A DNA stretch of 64,000 nucleotides from an uncultured Nitrospiraceae bacterium. GTDB lineage: Bacteria > Nitrospirota > Nitrospiria > Nitrospirales > Nitrospiraceae. The position numbers were made by a program, and so were the translations under genes. The stretch covers positions 1,184,001 through 1,248,000 of the forward strand of contig CAWJWJ010000001.1 in the NCBI GenBank assembly GCA_963846575.1. Direction: 5' to 3'. Shown here in pieces: positions 21,037 to 30,343 of the stretch (positions are counted from its first letter, which is position 1; each line of letters opens with the position of its first letter). The notes under the pieces are model-generated. The model saw nothing but the letters and a program-made list of their open reading frames with translations, had not been told where the DNA came from and did no database searches.

Positions 21037-23364
21037 ATGCGGCTTCGTCATGATCTTTTTCCAATTCAAAAAATGGTGTGTTGCTGGGCGATCGTAATGG
21101 GGCTGACCAGCGCCGGGTCCCTCGCGCGTGCGCAAGAGGAGTCTCCCGCCGGTTCGGTCGTGGAACAAGGCGGGCGGGAGCGTGAATTGCGGGACCAGTT
21201 GCAAAGGATCCTGCGGGAACTGGATGAGTTGCATCAGCCGCAGCCGGGAGGTGCCGCGGTCGTGTCTCCTCAACCGGAAGTCGTACAGGAGACGCCGGAG
21301 GGGCAGGCTCCGGTGCCCGTCCCGCATTACGAACTGTCGGACGTCAGCATCGTCAGTGAACGGATCCAGCGGCGTCCCGAAGGGATCACCCTGTCCGCCA
21401 CGGACCCGTCCGAAACCGAGTCCCAGCCAACCAGGACGCTCAAGGAATCCATGGAGTCGTTGCCCGGCGTCGTGCTCAGGCAGGCCAATGGCCCGCGAGA
21501 CTTCAGTATCTCCATTCGCGGGTCGGGGGTGAAAACGACATTCGCCGTGCGGGATATCAAGATGTACGAGGACGGGTTCATTCAGACCCAGTCCGACGGC
21601 TTGTCGCGGCTGGACATCCATGATCCCTGGTTCATGCGCACGGTGGAGGTCCTTCGAGGCGCATCATCCTCGCTCTACGACAACTACGCCCTCGGGGGCA
21701 TGGTCCATTTTCGCACCCGCCGCGGCAGTGACATCAACGGCTTCGAGTCGTTCTTCAACGGCGGATCGTACGGTTATCAGAAATATGCCTTTGCCGTAGG
21801 CCGGCAGTACAGCAACGTCGATGTGTCGCTCTTCGGGAGCCACGTTGTGGAGGACGGATTCATCCGCAATAGCAACTACAGCACGCAAACGATGAATTTT
21901 AACTTCCGGGTCAAGGTGGACGACAAGCAGAACCTCTATTTCAAGGCGATCACCAACTGGCTCGATAGCCGCGTGCCGACGCGTCTGACCATCAATCAAT
22001 TCAATTCCGATCCCCGGCAGGCCGGCGGCATCAGCAACGCGACGAATGCCGTCTTGCTGGCGCAGCGCCGACTGGACCGGCGCAACATCATCGGCGGAAT
22101 GTACGAGCGCCAGATCGATGCCAATACCGTCCTCACGATGGAAGCCGACTACGACGTGAAGGACATCAACCAGACCTTCACGCAGATCACCGACAACGTC
22201 AATCCGAACTACAAACATTACACCGATTTACGGCACGACGGGCGGCTGTTCGACATGCCGTTACGGAGTTATGTCGGCTTCTTCGTCAACCAGATGGAGC
22301 AGGAAGGGAACACCTTCAATAATCTGCAGGACTTCTTCGGCACGCGCGGGACCCTGGCGCAGAACAACCGTGGGACGATCAGAAACATCGGCGGGCGCTT
22401 CAGGGAGGAATTGGAATTCGTGCCCAAGTGGACCCTCGCCGCGGGCCTTGGTTTTGAGCAATCGCAACTGAGCGTGCAGACGATCAGCTACTCGGCCGGG
22501 GCCGTCAACGGCAGGGCGAATGCCGACCGGAGCTTCTCCAACTGGGCGCCGGAAGTGTCCATCACCTGGAAGCCGGCCGAAGGCTATCGGTATTGGACCC
22601 GCGCGTCAACCGGCTATGCAATCCCCGGGTTCAGCAACCTGCTGACCAATCCCTTTACCGGGCTGGCCGGCACGAACTTCGACCTGAAACCGCAAAAGAA
22701 CCTGAACGTGGAACTTGGTACGGAATCGCGCCTGCATAAGACGCTGACGGTCCAATTAGTGGGATTCGTCACCTTCGTGAAGGATGAAATCATCAGCCAA
22801 GTGGTCTCGAACACCGGTGGCACCGCCGCCATCAATGCCGATTCCTCGCAATACCGCGGAGTCGAGCTGTTTTATGACTGGCGGCCCCTGGACGGGCTGC
22901 GCCTGTCCGGCGCCTACACCCACATCGACGCCCGCTACATCAATTTCAGCGACAAGTTTCTGTCGGGGGGCGTGCCGACGGCCTTCGTGCGGGACGGCAA
23001 GATGGTGCCGAACGTGCCGACCGACGTGCTCAATTTCAAGGAAGCCTACGACCATGCCGGGAGCGGCTGGGGCGGGTGGGTGGAAACCAATTATATGAAC
23101 AGCTACTTCCTCAACAACAACAACACCGTGGGCATCCCCGCCTATTGGATCGTCAACGTCAATGTGCACAAGAACGTGGAGTTCCCGAACAACCGGTGGA
23201 TCCGGTTTGCCAAGTTCTTCGCCGAGTTGGACAACATCGCCGACAAGAAGTACGCGGCGTCGGGCAACGTGGTTGCGGACAGCACCGCCGATGCGAACAA
23301 GACCCTGTTCTTTGCCGGTTACGGGCGCGCCTTCTATGCCGGTGTGACATTGGGACTGTTTTAA
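21037..23364 (+). CDS. TonB-dependent receptor 1
   Basis: AGGAGG SD; plug motifs (PGV..ISIRGSG, VEVLRGASSSLY..ALGG); C-terminal GRAFYAGVTLGLF. Confidence 0.93.
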   Translation: MRLRHDLFPIQKMVCCWAIVMGLTSAGSLARAQEESPAGSVVEQGGRERELRDQLQRILRELDELHQPQPGGAAVVSPQPEVVQETPEGQAPVPVPHYELSDVSIVSERIQRRPEGITLSATDPSETESQPTRTLKESMESLPGVVLRQANGPRDFSISIRGSGVKTTFAVRDIKMYEDGFIQTQSDGLSRLDIHDPWFMRTVEVLRGASSSLYDNYALGGMVHFRTRRGSDINGFESFFNGGSYGYQKYAFAVGRQYSNVDVSLFGSHVVEDGFIRNSNYSTQTMNFNFRVKVDDKQNLYFKAITNWLDSRVPTRLTINQFNSDPRQAGGISNATNAVLLAQRRLDRRNIIGGMYERQIDANTVLTMEADYDVKDINQTFTQITDNVNPNYKHYTDLRHDGRLFDMPLRSYVGFFVNQMEQEGNTFNNLQDFFGTRGTLAQNNRGTIRNIGGRFREELEFVPKWTLAAGLGFEQSQLSVQTISYSAGAVNGRANADRSFSNWAPEVSITWKPAEGYRYWTRASTGYAIPGFSNLLTNPFTGLAGTNFDLKPQKNLNVELGTESRLHKTLTVQLVGFVTFVKDEIISQVVSNTGGTAAINADSSQYRGVELFYDWRPLDGLRLSGAYTHIDARYINFSDKFLSGGVPTAFVRDGKMVPNVPTDVLNFKEAYDHAGSGWGGWVETNYMNSYFLNNNNTVGIPAYWIVNVNVHKNVEFPNNRWIRFAKFFAELDNIADKKYAASGNVVADSTADANKTLFFAGYGRAFYAGVTLGLF

Positions 23365-23429
23365 CCTCAGTGCGCGCGCGGCACTCCATCTGCGAGCCGG
23401 GCGCACATGTACTCAAGGAGGAGATGGCC

Positions 23430-23624
23430 ATGAACAAACAGCTCTTGCGGGTGGGAGAAGCGGCGGATGTGTTGGCCGTGAGCCGGTGGACGATCTATCG
23501 ATGGGTTGAAGAAGGACGGCTGGAAGGAACCAAGATCGGGCGCGGCAGCTTGCGGGTGTTCCGGGCCTCGCTGGAGAAATTGGTGCAGAACAACAGAACT
23601 CAGGAATTGAAACTCACGACGTGA
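23430..23624 (+). CDS. Excisionase-like (HTH_17) small DNA-binding protein
   Basis: AGGAGG SD; LLRVGEAADVLAVSRWTIYRWVEEGRL. Confidence 0.85.
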   Translation: MNKQLLRVGEAADVLAVSRWTIYRWVEEGRLEGTKIGRGSLRVFRASLEKLVQNNRTQELKLTT

Positions 23625-25045
23625 CCGTGGTGCGGCAAAGGGAAATGATGAGACTCGTCGTAATTCTATGGGCCCTGGTTTTGTCCGGTTGTGCCGGCAG
23701 CCAGGGTGCCGGTCTGCATGGTGCGGAGCCGGACTCGCGCGCTGCGCAGCACGCGTTCGTCAACGGGCGTTGGTTTGACGGCAATGAGTTTCAAGCCGCC
23801 ACCTGGTATGCGGTTCAGGGGCGTCTGACCCGCCAGCGGCCCGATGGCCCGGTGGGAACGGTTGACCTCTCCGGTCGATTTATCGTGCCCCCGTTCGGCG
23901 AGGCCCACAATCACAATGTCGAGGGCACGTGGAATGTGGACACCGTCGCGGAACGATATCTCCACGACGGAGTCTTCTACGTGAAAAATCCGAACAACGT
24001 ACGGGAATTCGCCCTGCAGGTCCGGGGTCGCGTCAATGTGCCGGGAGGCATTGACGCGACCTTCGCCCATGCCGGCCTCACAGGGAAGGACGGGCATCCC
24101 ATCGCGTTGTACGAAGATGTTCTGCGGGTGAGCCGCTATAGAGACGTCATCGGGCCGGGGTCCCGGGGATGGTTTGAAAATCGGGCCTATATCATCGTCG
24201 AGACCGACGCCGACGTGGACGAGAAATGGGCGTTGATCACAAGCGGTCAGCCGGACTTTCTCAAGGTGTACCTGGTTCGTTCCGAGGACGACGAAGCACA
24301 TCGGCTCCCTGAGGGGTCGCCCGCCCGCAGGGGTCTGCATCCGCGCCTCGTGCCGCACATTGTCGGCAAAGCCCATGCGGCCGGTTTGCAGGTCACAGCG
24401 CATGTCGAAACGGCTGCCGACTTCCGCTCCGCGGTTCAGTCCGGCGTCGATGAAATTGCCCATGTGCCCGGATGGCTGGTGAAGAGCGCGGGTGATGTGG
24501 CACGCGCCCGTTTGACCGAAGCCGATGCCAGGTCGGCTCGCGAACGGAACGTCCGGGTGGTGACCACGACCGTGGCGGGACATGCGATGCCGACCGCCGA
24601 TGCCCGACATTCCGATTCGCAGCATGAGGCGCCTGCGCCGCAGCATTCCGGACATGCTGAGCCGGCGCTGGACGAGTCGGCTGGAACAGTGCTGAAGGAC
24701 AATCTTTCGCTGTTGCACCGAAGTGGGGTGCGGTTGGCGGTCGGGAGTGACCATGCGGACACGTCGCTGGCCGAGGCCCTGCACCTGCATTCGTTCGGGA
24801 TTTTCGACAACCGCACGTTGCTGAAGATGTGGTGCGAGAGCACCCCCGCCGCCATTTTTCCAGGGCGAAAGATCGGGCGGTTCGAGGAAGGGTACGAAGC
24901 CAGTTTTCTGGCGCTTGCCGGTAATCCCCTCGATGATTTTAGCCAGGTGCGGAGCATCACGCATCGCGTGAAGCAGGGTCGGGTGCTGGACGGGCATTTC
25001 GCTTCTGCCGGAGACGCTGTTACACCCGCACCGCACGCGCACTAA
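23621..25045 (+). CDS. Amidohydrolase-superfamily lipoprotein
   Basis: Lipobox LSGC; EAHNH, FLKVY, TAHVE, IAH, GSD metal ligands; KIGRFEEGYEASF. Confidence 0.85.
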   Translation: MTVVRQREMMRLVVILWALVLSGCAGSQGAGLHGAEPDSRAAQHAFVNGRWFDGNEFQAATWYAVQGRLTRQRPDGPVGTVDLSGRFIVPPFGEAHNHNVEGTWNVDTVAERYLHDGVFYVKNPNNVREFALQVRGRVNVPGGIDATFAHAGLTGKDGHPIALYEDVLRVSRYRDVIGPGSRGWFENRAYIIVETDADVDEKWALITSGQPDFLKVYLVRSEDDEAHRLPEGSPARRGLHPRLVPHIVGKAHAAGLQVTAHVETAADFRSAVQSGVDEIAHVPGWLVKSAGDVARARLTEADARSARERNVRVVTTTVAGHAMPTADARHSDSQHEAPAPQHSGHAEPALDESAGTVLKDNLSLLHRSGVRLAVGSDHADTSLAEALHLHSFGIFDNRTLLKMWCESTPAAIFPGRKIGRFEEGYEASFLALAGNPLDDFSQVRSITHRVKQGRVLDGHFASAGDAVTPAPHAH

Positions 25046-25104
25046 TACGGAATGTATCTCACGATCCTTTTTGACACCATGCATGTGGGCTCAAGGAGAA
25101 CACG

Positions 25105-27366
25105 ATGAAACGTTTACAGCATTGGGGAAGTATCTCGGTCTGCTGGGGGCTGATGTTGGTATGTGCGATGGACCTCTCTGCCTCCGTGGTCTTCGCGGTG
25201 GAGGAACCGTTAGAGCAGGACTCTCCCGTCGTCCTTGTGGAGCCGGTCGAGGTGCAGGGAAAACGGATCGAAAACATCGGGGACGTGAAAAAGGAACTGG
25301 CAAGGCGGCCGGGCAGCAACATCCTGATCGAAGAGAAACAAATTGCCGAGACGACAACCGTGAACCTTCAAGAAGTCTTGCAGTTCGCGCCCGGCGTGCG
25401 GTTCCAGTCCCGGTTCGGCGCGGATGAAGGCCAATTCCAGATCCGCGGCACCTCGTTACGCAATAATTTCCATCATCGCGGCATCAACATTCTGATCAAC
25501 GGGATCTTCTTCGGCGATGCCGACGGGTTTTCCGATTTCGAATCGATCGACCTCATGGCCTACGAACGTATCGAAATCTACAAGGGGGCGAACGCGTTGC
25601 GTTATGGCGCGAACAGCATCGGCGGGGCAATCAATTTCGTGCCGCGGACCGGCTATAGTGCCTCGACCCTGCAGATGCGGATGCTCGGCGGGAGCTTCGG
25701 CCTGGTCAGCGGCCAGGTCTCCAGCGGAAAAGTCCTGGAACCGTTCAAGGTCGGCAGCATGAGCGCGACGATGGACTACTACATCAGCGTGTCCGGCAAC
25801 CGGCAGGACGGGTATCAAGATAATAGCCAACAGGCTCGCGAGCGCGTCAACGCCAATATCGGCATTCAACTCGGTAACCATCAGGAGATCAGGGCCTATT
25901 TCCTTCAGGCGAACGTCGCCGAACGGATCCCCGGTTCCTTGACCAACGCGCAGCTGTTTCAGAACCCGCAGCAGGTAGGGGGACAAAGCCCTCCCGGCAC
26001 CCCTCCGTTCTTTGCCTGCAACCTGAACAACCAAGTCTGTAAATACGGACGCTACTATAACCTGCAGCGGATCGGCATCGCCTACCACAACGAGTTCGCG
26101 CCCAACCAATACTTCGAGATCATTCCCTACTTCTCGAATCAGTATGTGGACCATCCGATTTTTCAGACCATCAGGCAGGAGAACAACAATGTCGGCGGCG
26201 AGTTCCGGTATGTGAATTCCAATACCCTGTTCGGAAAGAACAACTCCTTCGTAATGGGATTTCAGCCACGCTACGGCCATCAACGTCAGCAGCGGTTCGT
26301 GAACAACAACGGAAACATCGGGGCCCTGACGCAAAACTACACGGCCAAGACGACGTATTTCGGGGCCTACGCCGAAGACGCGTTCGATGCCACGAAGGAT
26401 TTCACCATCGTGCTCGGCGGCCGCTGGGACTATACGGGACGCCAGGCGACGGTGGACAATTTCGGACCGGCCGGCAGTCCGTTCAATCCCACCACGCCGT
26501 CGACGCTGACCGGCACGAACCGGCCGCTGCAACATTTCGATGCGATCAATCCGAAAATCGGCTTTGTGTATCGCACCACCACGACCTCGCAGTTGTACTT
26601 TAATGCCAGCCGGGCCTATGAAGCGCCGCTTAATCTGGAGCTGCTCTCGTCGGTGAATGCGAACGGCACGCCGAACACAGGGTTCCTGAATCTGGACGCC
26701 CAGCGGGCCTGGCAGTTGGAGTTGGGCCACCGGGGGACCTCGGCCGACCGGCGCTACAACTGGGACGTCACGGTTTACAACCTCGAGATGCAGAAAGAGA
26801 TCCTGGCGTCGATCATCAACAACCAGGGCACATTCCAAAATGCCAATGGGACGCGCCATACCGGGGTCGAGGCCGGCGGCGGCATGGTTGTGAAGAAGGG
26901 CCTGTTCGCGCAGGGCGGGGCAGGACGGGAAGACAGCCTGCAAACGCGCGTGGCCTATACCTGGTCGCGTTTCAAGTTCACCGATGATGTGCGGGCCGGC
27001 GGAGTTGCGGGGCCGAATGTGCTGATTGCCAAAGATGGCAATACCGTCGCCGGTGCGCCGGAGCATAGTCTGAACATGGAAGTTCGATACGATCACCCGG
27101 GCGGGTGGTGGGTCGCGCCGAATATTGAGTGGTCGCCGTCCGGATTTTATACGAACTATCAGAACACGGTCAAAAATCCGTCCTATGCGCTCGTCAATTT
27201 GCGGTCGGGATGGTACATCGACGAGCATTGGACGCTCTTTGCCGAGGGACGCAATTTGACGAACAAGACCTATGCAGGCGCGGTGGTGGTCAACGATCAA
27301 TTCAATCGTTTTGCCAACCCGGGATTGGGCATCAGCGCCTTCGGCGGCGTGGAGTACAAGTTCTAA
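25105..27366 (+). CDS. TonB-dependent receptor 2
   Basis: FQIRG, IEIYKGANALRYGANSIGGAINF, NLTNKTY, C-terminal EYKF. Confidence 0.94.
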   Translation: MKRLQHWGSISVCWGLMLVCAMDLSASVVFAVEEPLEQDSPVVLVEPVEVQGKRIENIGDVKKELARRPGSNILIEEKQIAETTTVNLQEVLQFAPGVRFQSRFGADEGQFQIRGTSLRNNFHHRGINILINGIFFGDADGFSDFESIDLMAYERIEIYKGANALRYGANSIGGAINFVPRTGYSASTLQMRMLGGSFGLVSGQVSSGKVLEPFKVGSMSATMDYYISVSGNRQDGYQDNSQQARERVNANIGIQLGNHQEIRAYFLQANVAERIPGSLTNAQLFQNPQQVGGQSPPGTPPFFACNLNNQVCKYGRYYNLQRIGIAYHNEFAPNQYFEIIPYFSNQYVDHPIFQTIRQENNNVGGEFRYVNSNTLFGKNNSFVMGFQPRYGHQRQQRFVNNNGNIGALTQNYTAKTTYFGAYAEDAFDATKDFTIVLGGRWDYTGRQATVDNFGPAGSPFNPTTPSTLTGTNRPLQHFDAINPKIGFVYRTTTTSQLYFNASRAYEAPLNLELLSSVNANGTPNTGFLNLDAQRAWQLELGHRGTSADRRYNWDVTVYNLEMQKEILASIINNQGTFQNANGTRHTGVEAGGGMVVKKGLFAQGGAGREDSLQTRVAYTWSRFKFTDDVRAGGVAGPNVLIAKDGNTVAGAPEHSLNMEVRYDHPGGWWVAPNIEWSPSGFYTNYQNTVKNPSYALVNLRSGWYIDEHWTLFAEGRNLTNKTYAGAVVVNDQFNRFANPGLGISAFGGVEYKF

Positions 27367-27559
27367 CCGTCGGCTACGATTTCTATTGAGGACTCCCTCT
27401 GGGTCGGGCGCGTCCGATGGGCCGGGCCCGGGCTGCGCCTTGATTGGCGAGCCGGCTCGAGAGTGGGCGATCGCCGATTCAACATGTGATAAGTTATTTG
27501 GGTGCGGCAGCCTTCGATGGGGCCGCCCCGGTCACTTCGGGAACCAACCGCATCGGCTC

Positions 27560-29524
27560 ATGAACGGATTGTTGACCATCCTACTGTTGCTGTGGAGCCT
27601 TGCACCGGCCCATGCGGAGTCAGGCACGCTGCCGCTCCCTGGCGAGGCCTTTGTCGCGCTTCCCCGTATCTCCTCCATTGAACTGTCCCCCTCCGGCAAA
27701 CATCTCGCAGCAGTCAGGAACCGTGGCGGCAACACGGAACTCCTGACACAAACCGTAACAGGTGAGGATGCGCACGTCGCCGTCATCACCGACAATCGGG
27801 AATTTGTCATCACCTGGTTCCGGTGGGTGAATGACGAACGTCTGCTGGTCGGTACCAGATTTACGGACCCGGGGGCCGGGCTCGACTCGCAAGAAACACG
27901 GCTGTTATCGGTTAACCGGGACGGAACACAACAGAACCCCAATCTGTTCAAGCAGACTACCTTGTCCTCTATTTTTGGAAAGAAACATCTTCCTCAACTC
28001 CAGGATCGTCTCGTGGAAATTCTGCCGGGTGATCCCCGGCAGGTGCTGATCGCGCTCGACATGGAGCATCCCCTGTCGCCGGATGTGTACGCGGTGGATG
28101 TGTACTCCGGTGAGCGGCAACTGATACAGGCGAATCCGGGGGCAGAGCCAGGCCCCCGCACGGTGCTGCAGTGGATTGCCGATCGTACGGGACAGGTGCG
28201 GGTTGGAGTCGGCCAATTTCACACCACGGTTCGGGTCGTCTACCGGGCTCCGGACTCCATCATCTGGCGGGACCTGGCCGAATATGATCTCGCCAAGGAA
28301 ACCGGCCTGATTCCCCTGGCCTTCGACGCCGACCCTGCCTGGCTCTATGTCCGGGATCAACACCGTGGCCGGGCCGCGATCTTTAAGATGAACCTCGCCG
28401 ATCGGAGCGTTGACCGCATACTCGTGGCCTCGGATCCGAAGTTCGATCTCGCGGGAGAATTGGTCTACGCGCCTTGGAAGCGAAAGGTCGTCGGCGTGAG
28501 GTACGGCGAAGAAGACGCCCGGGTGTTGTTTTGGGACTTCGACGCGCAACGCCTCCAGGCCCGTATCGACCGGGCGATTCCGGGACGCGTCAACGTGATT
28601 CACAGCAGCAGTCACGACGGGCGCTTCCATATTGTGAAGTCGGGTGGTCCGGCCCAATCCCCGGACCATTACATCTTCGACGAGCGTGACGGTCGCATGA
28701 CATTGCTCGGTAGATCCTACCCCGATCTTGATGAGGACGAGCTGCGGGTTCCGAAAGCGGTTACGATCGTGGCGCGCGACGGGAAAGAGTTGCATGCCTC
28801 GTTGACCGTTCCCAGGAATCGAAATCCCGAAAAGCTATCCCTCATCGTGTTTCCCCATGGAGGGCCGGCATCGCACGAGCGGGATGCGTTTAATTACTGG
28901 ACCCAGTGGTTTGTGAGTCGGGGCTGGGCGGTGTTGCAGGTCGACTTCCGGGGATCCGAGGGGTACGGCGATGATTTTTTGCGGATCGGATTCCAGCGCT
29001 GGGGGCTGGAGATGCAGGACGATTTGACTGACAGTGCAGAGTGGGCGATTCATGCCGGCCACGCGAGCGCAGACCGGATGTGCGTGGTCGGGGCAGATTA
29101 TGGCGGCTATGCGGCCCTCATGGGAGCGGCCCAAACACCGGAGTTGTACCGCTGTGTCGTGAGTGTCGGCGGGGTCACCGACCTGCTGCAGATTGTGGGC
29201 GACCAGCGCTGGTATCTGAACCAGAAGCTCCTGGTCGAGTCGAAGATTACCTCCTGGTGGAACGATCGCGAGCGATTGCGGGACACTTCACCCGTGTTTC
29301 AAGCGAAGGACATACGGACACCGCTTCTCCTGATCCATGGGGCCATGGACCGCATCGTGCCGGTCTCCCACGGACGCGCCATGGCCGAAGCGCTGAGGGA
29401 CGCAAAGGTCACGACCTACCGCTATGTCGAACTTCCCCTGGCTGACCATGTCCTCAGTCGTGAGCAGGACCGCTTTCAGCTGTTTTCCGACCTGGAACAG
29501 TTCCTGAGTCAATACCTGAACTAA
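27560..29524 (+). CDS. S9 (prolyl oligopeptidase/DAP)-like alpha/beta hydrolase, nucleophile Ser replaced by Asp
   Basis: PHGGP, DFRGSEGYG, GADYGG, IHGAMD, ADH; signal peptide. Confidence 0.88.
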   Translation: MNGLLTILLLLWSLAPAHAESGTLPLPGEAFVALPRISSIELSPSGKHLAAVRNRGGNTELLTQTVTGEDAHVAVITDNREFVITWFRWVNDERLLVGTRFTDPGAGLDSQETRLLSVNRDGTQQNPNLFKQTTLSSIFGKKHLPQLQDRLVEILPGDPRQVLIALDMEHPLSPDVYAVDVYSGERQLIQANPGAEPGPRTVLQWIADRTGQVRVGVGQFHTTVRVVYRAPDSIIWRDLAEYDLAKETGLIPLAFDADPAWLYVRDQHRGRAAIFKMNLADRSVDRILVASDPKFDLAGELVYAPWKRKVVGVRYGEEDARVLFWDFDAQRLQARIDRAIPGRVNVIHSSSHDGRFHIVKSGGPAQSPDHYIFDERDGRMTLLGRSYPDLDEDELRVPKAVTIVARDGKELHASLTVPRNRNPEKLSLIVFPHGGPASHERDAFNYWTQWFVSRGWAVLQVDFRGSEGYGDDFLRIGFQRWGLEMQDDLTDSAEWAIHAGHASADRMCVVGADYGGYAALMGAAQTPELYRCVVSVGGVTDLLQIVGDQRWYLNQKLLVESKITSWWNDRERLRDTSPVFQAKDIRTPLLLIHGAMDRIVPVSHGRAMAEALRDAKVTTYRYVELPLADHVLSREQDRFQLFSDLEQFLSQYLN

Positions 29525-29624
29525 ATCGCAGTTTCGAGCGCTTCTGTAGCATCCATGAGCAGGCGTCGGTAGACAGGTATTCTGAAACGGAGTATTGAGT
29601 AGGGAGTTTGAACGGTAGCCTCTC

Positions 29625-29960
29625 ATGATTCAGCCATCACTCAAACAAACCTTGTCTCGCATCGCACTCGCCATGGCGGGGGTCTACTTCGTCCTGGCCA
29701 TGACCACGGCCGGCTGCCTCCTGGCCCACGCTGTGGCATCGTCGGGCGGTCACCACCAGCACTCCGGCACTGAGTCCCATTCGCTGCTGTGTTCCTGGGC
29801 CTGCCAGGCGACGTCGGATGCCGGGCCGATCAGTTATGGACCTGCCTCGGTCATGCGGGTCGATCAATTCAATGAGACTTCACCGCCTGACTCCATCATC
29901 AGCAGTGGAATCTCCTCATCCCTCCATGCTCGTGCTCCGCCGGTCCTCGCGAGGGGATAG
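29625..29960 (+). CDS. Exported His-rich CxWxC...RAPP leader peptide 3
   Basis: Hydrophobic N-terminus, GGHHQH, CSWAC, TSDAGP shared with leader 2, RAPPVLARG. Confidence 0.78.
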   Translation: MIQPSLKQTLSRIALAMAGVYFVLAMTTAGCLLAHAVASSGGHHQHSGTESHSLLCSWACQATSDAGPISYGPASVMRVDQFNETSPPDSIISSGISSSLHARAPPVLARG

Positions 29961-30343
29961 TTCGGGCGGAGCGCACGTCGCTAACAATTCGCGGGGACAC
30001 TGAACACTGTCCCGTCACGGCAAATCTCCGGGCGGGAAGATGATCCGTCCCCTGATCCGCCACCTCCGGGCGTTCGGCCCGAGCTATCGACTTGAGACTG
30101 TGACCTGGTCGTCCGGGAGGACGCTGTCCTTCCTGTATCAGGGTGGAGCGGGTTGCTGTCAGAGAAGCACGCAATGATTGATGGGTCTATGAAACGATGA
30201 GACGATCACGACGGATCCTGGAGTTGTGCACCCTTCTCCAGGATCTGCCCTCCGGGGCGAGAGGGGCGGCCTCCCCCCTCACCCCGGCCCTTCGGGGAGA
30301 GGCGGCGCGATTCTGTCCATCGAGAGGTCACACAGGAAACCAT

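Noticed and set aside
25456..27300. 614-aa antisense ORF (also 23666-25084, 37350-38675, 62254-63621, 11213-12361 and others)
   Set aside because: Shadow ORFs opposite well-supported genes; expected from GC-rich codon bias; no motifs
30245..30305. REP-like element CCCCTCACCCCGGCCCTTCGGGGAGAGG
   Set aside because: Single degenerate copy with no associated transposase; insufficient support
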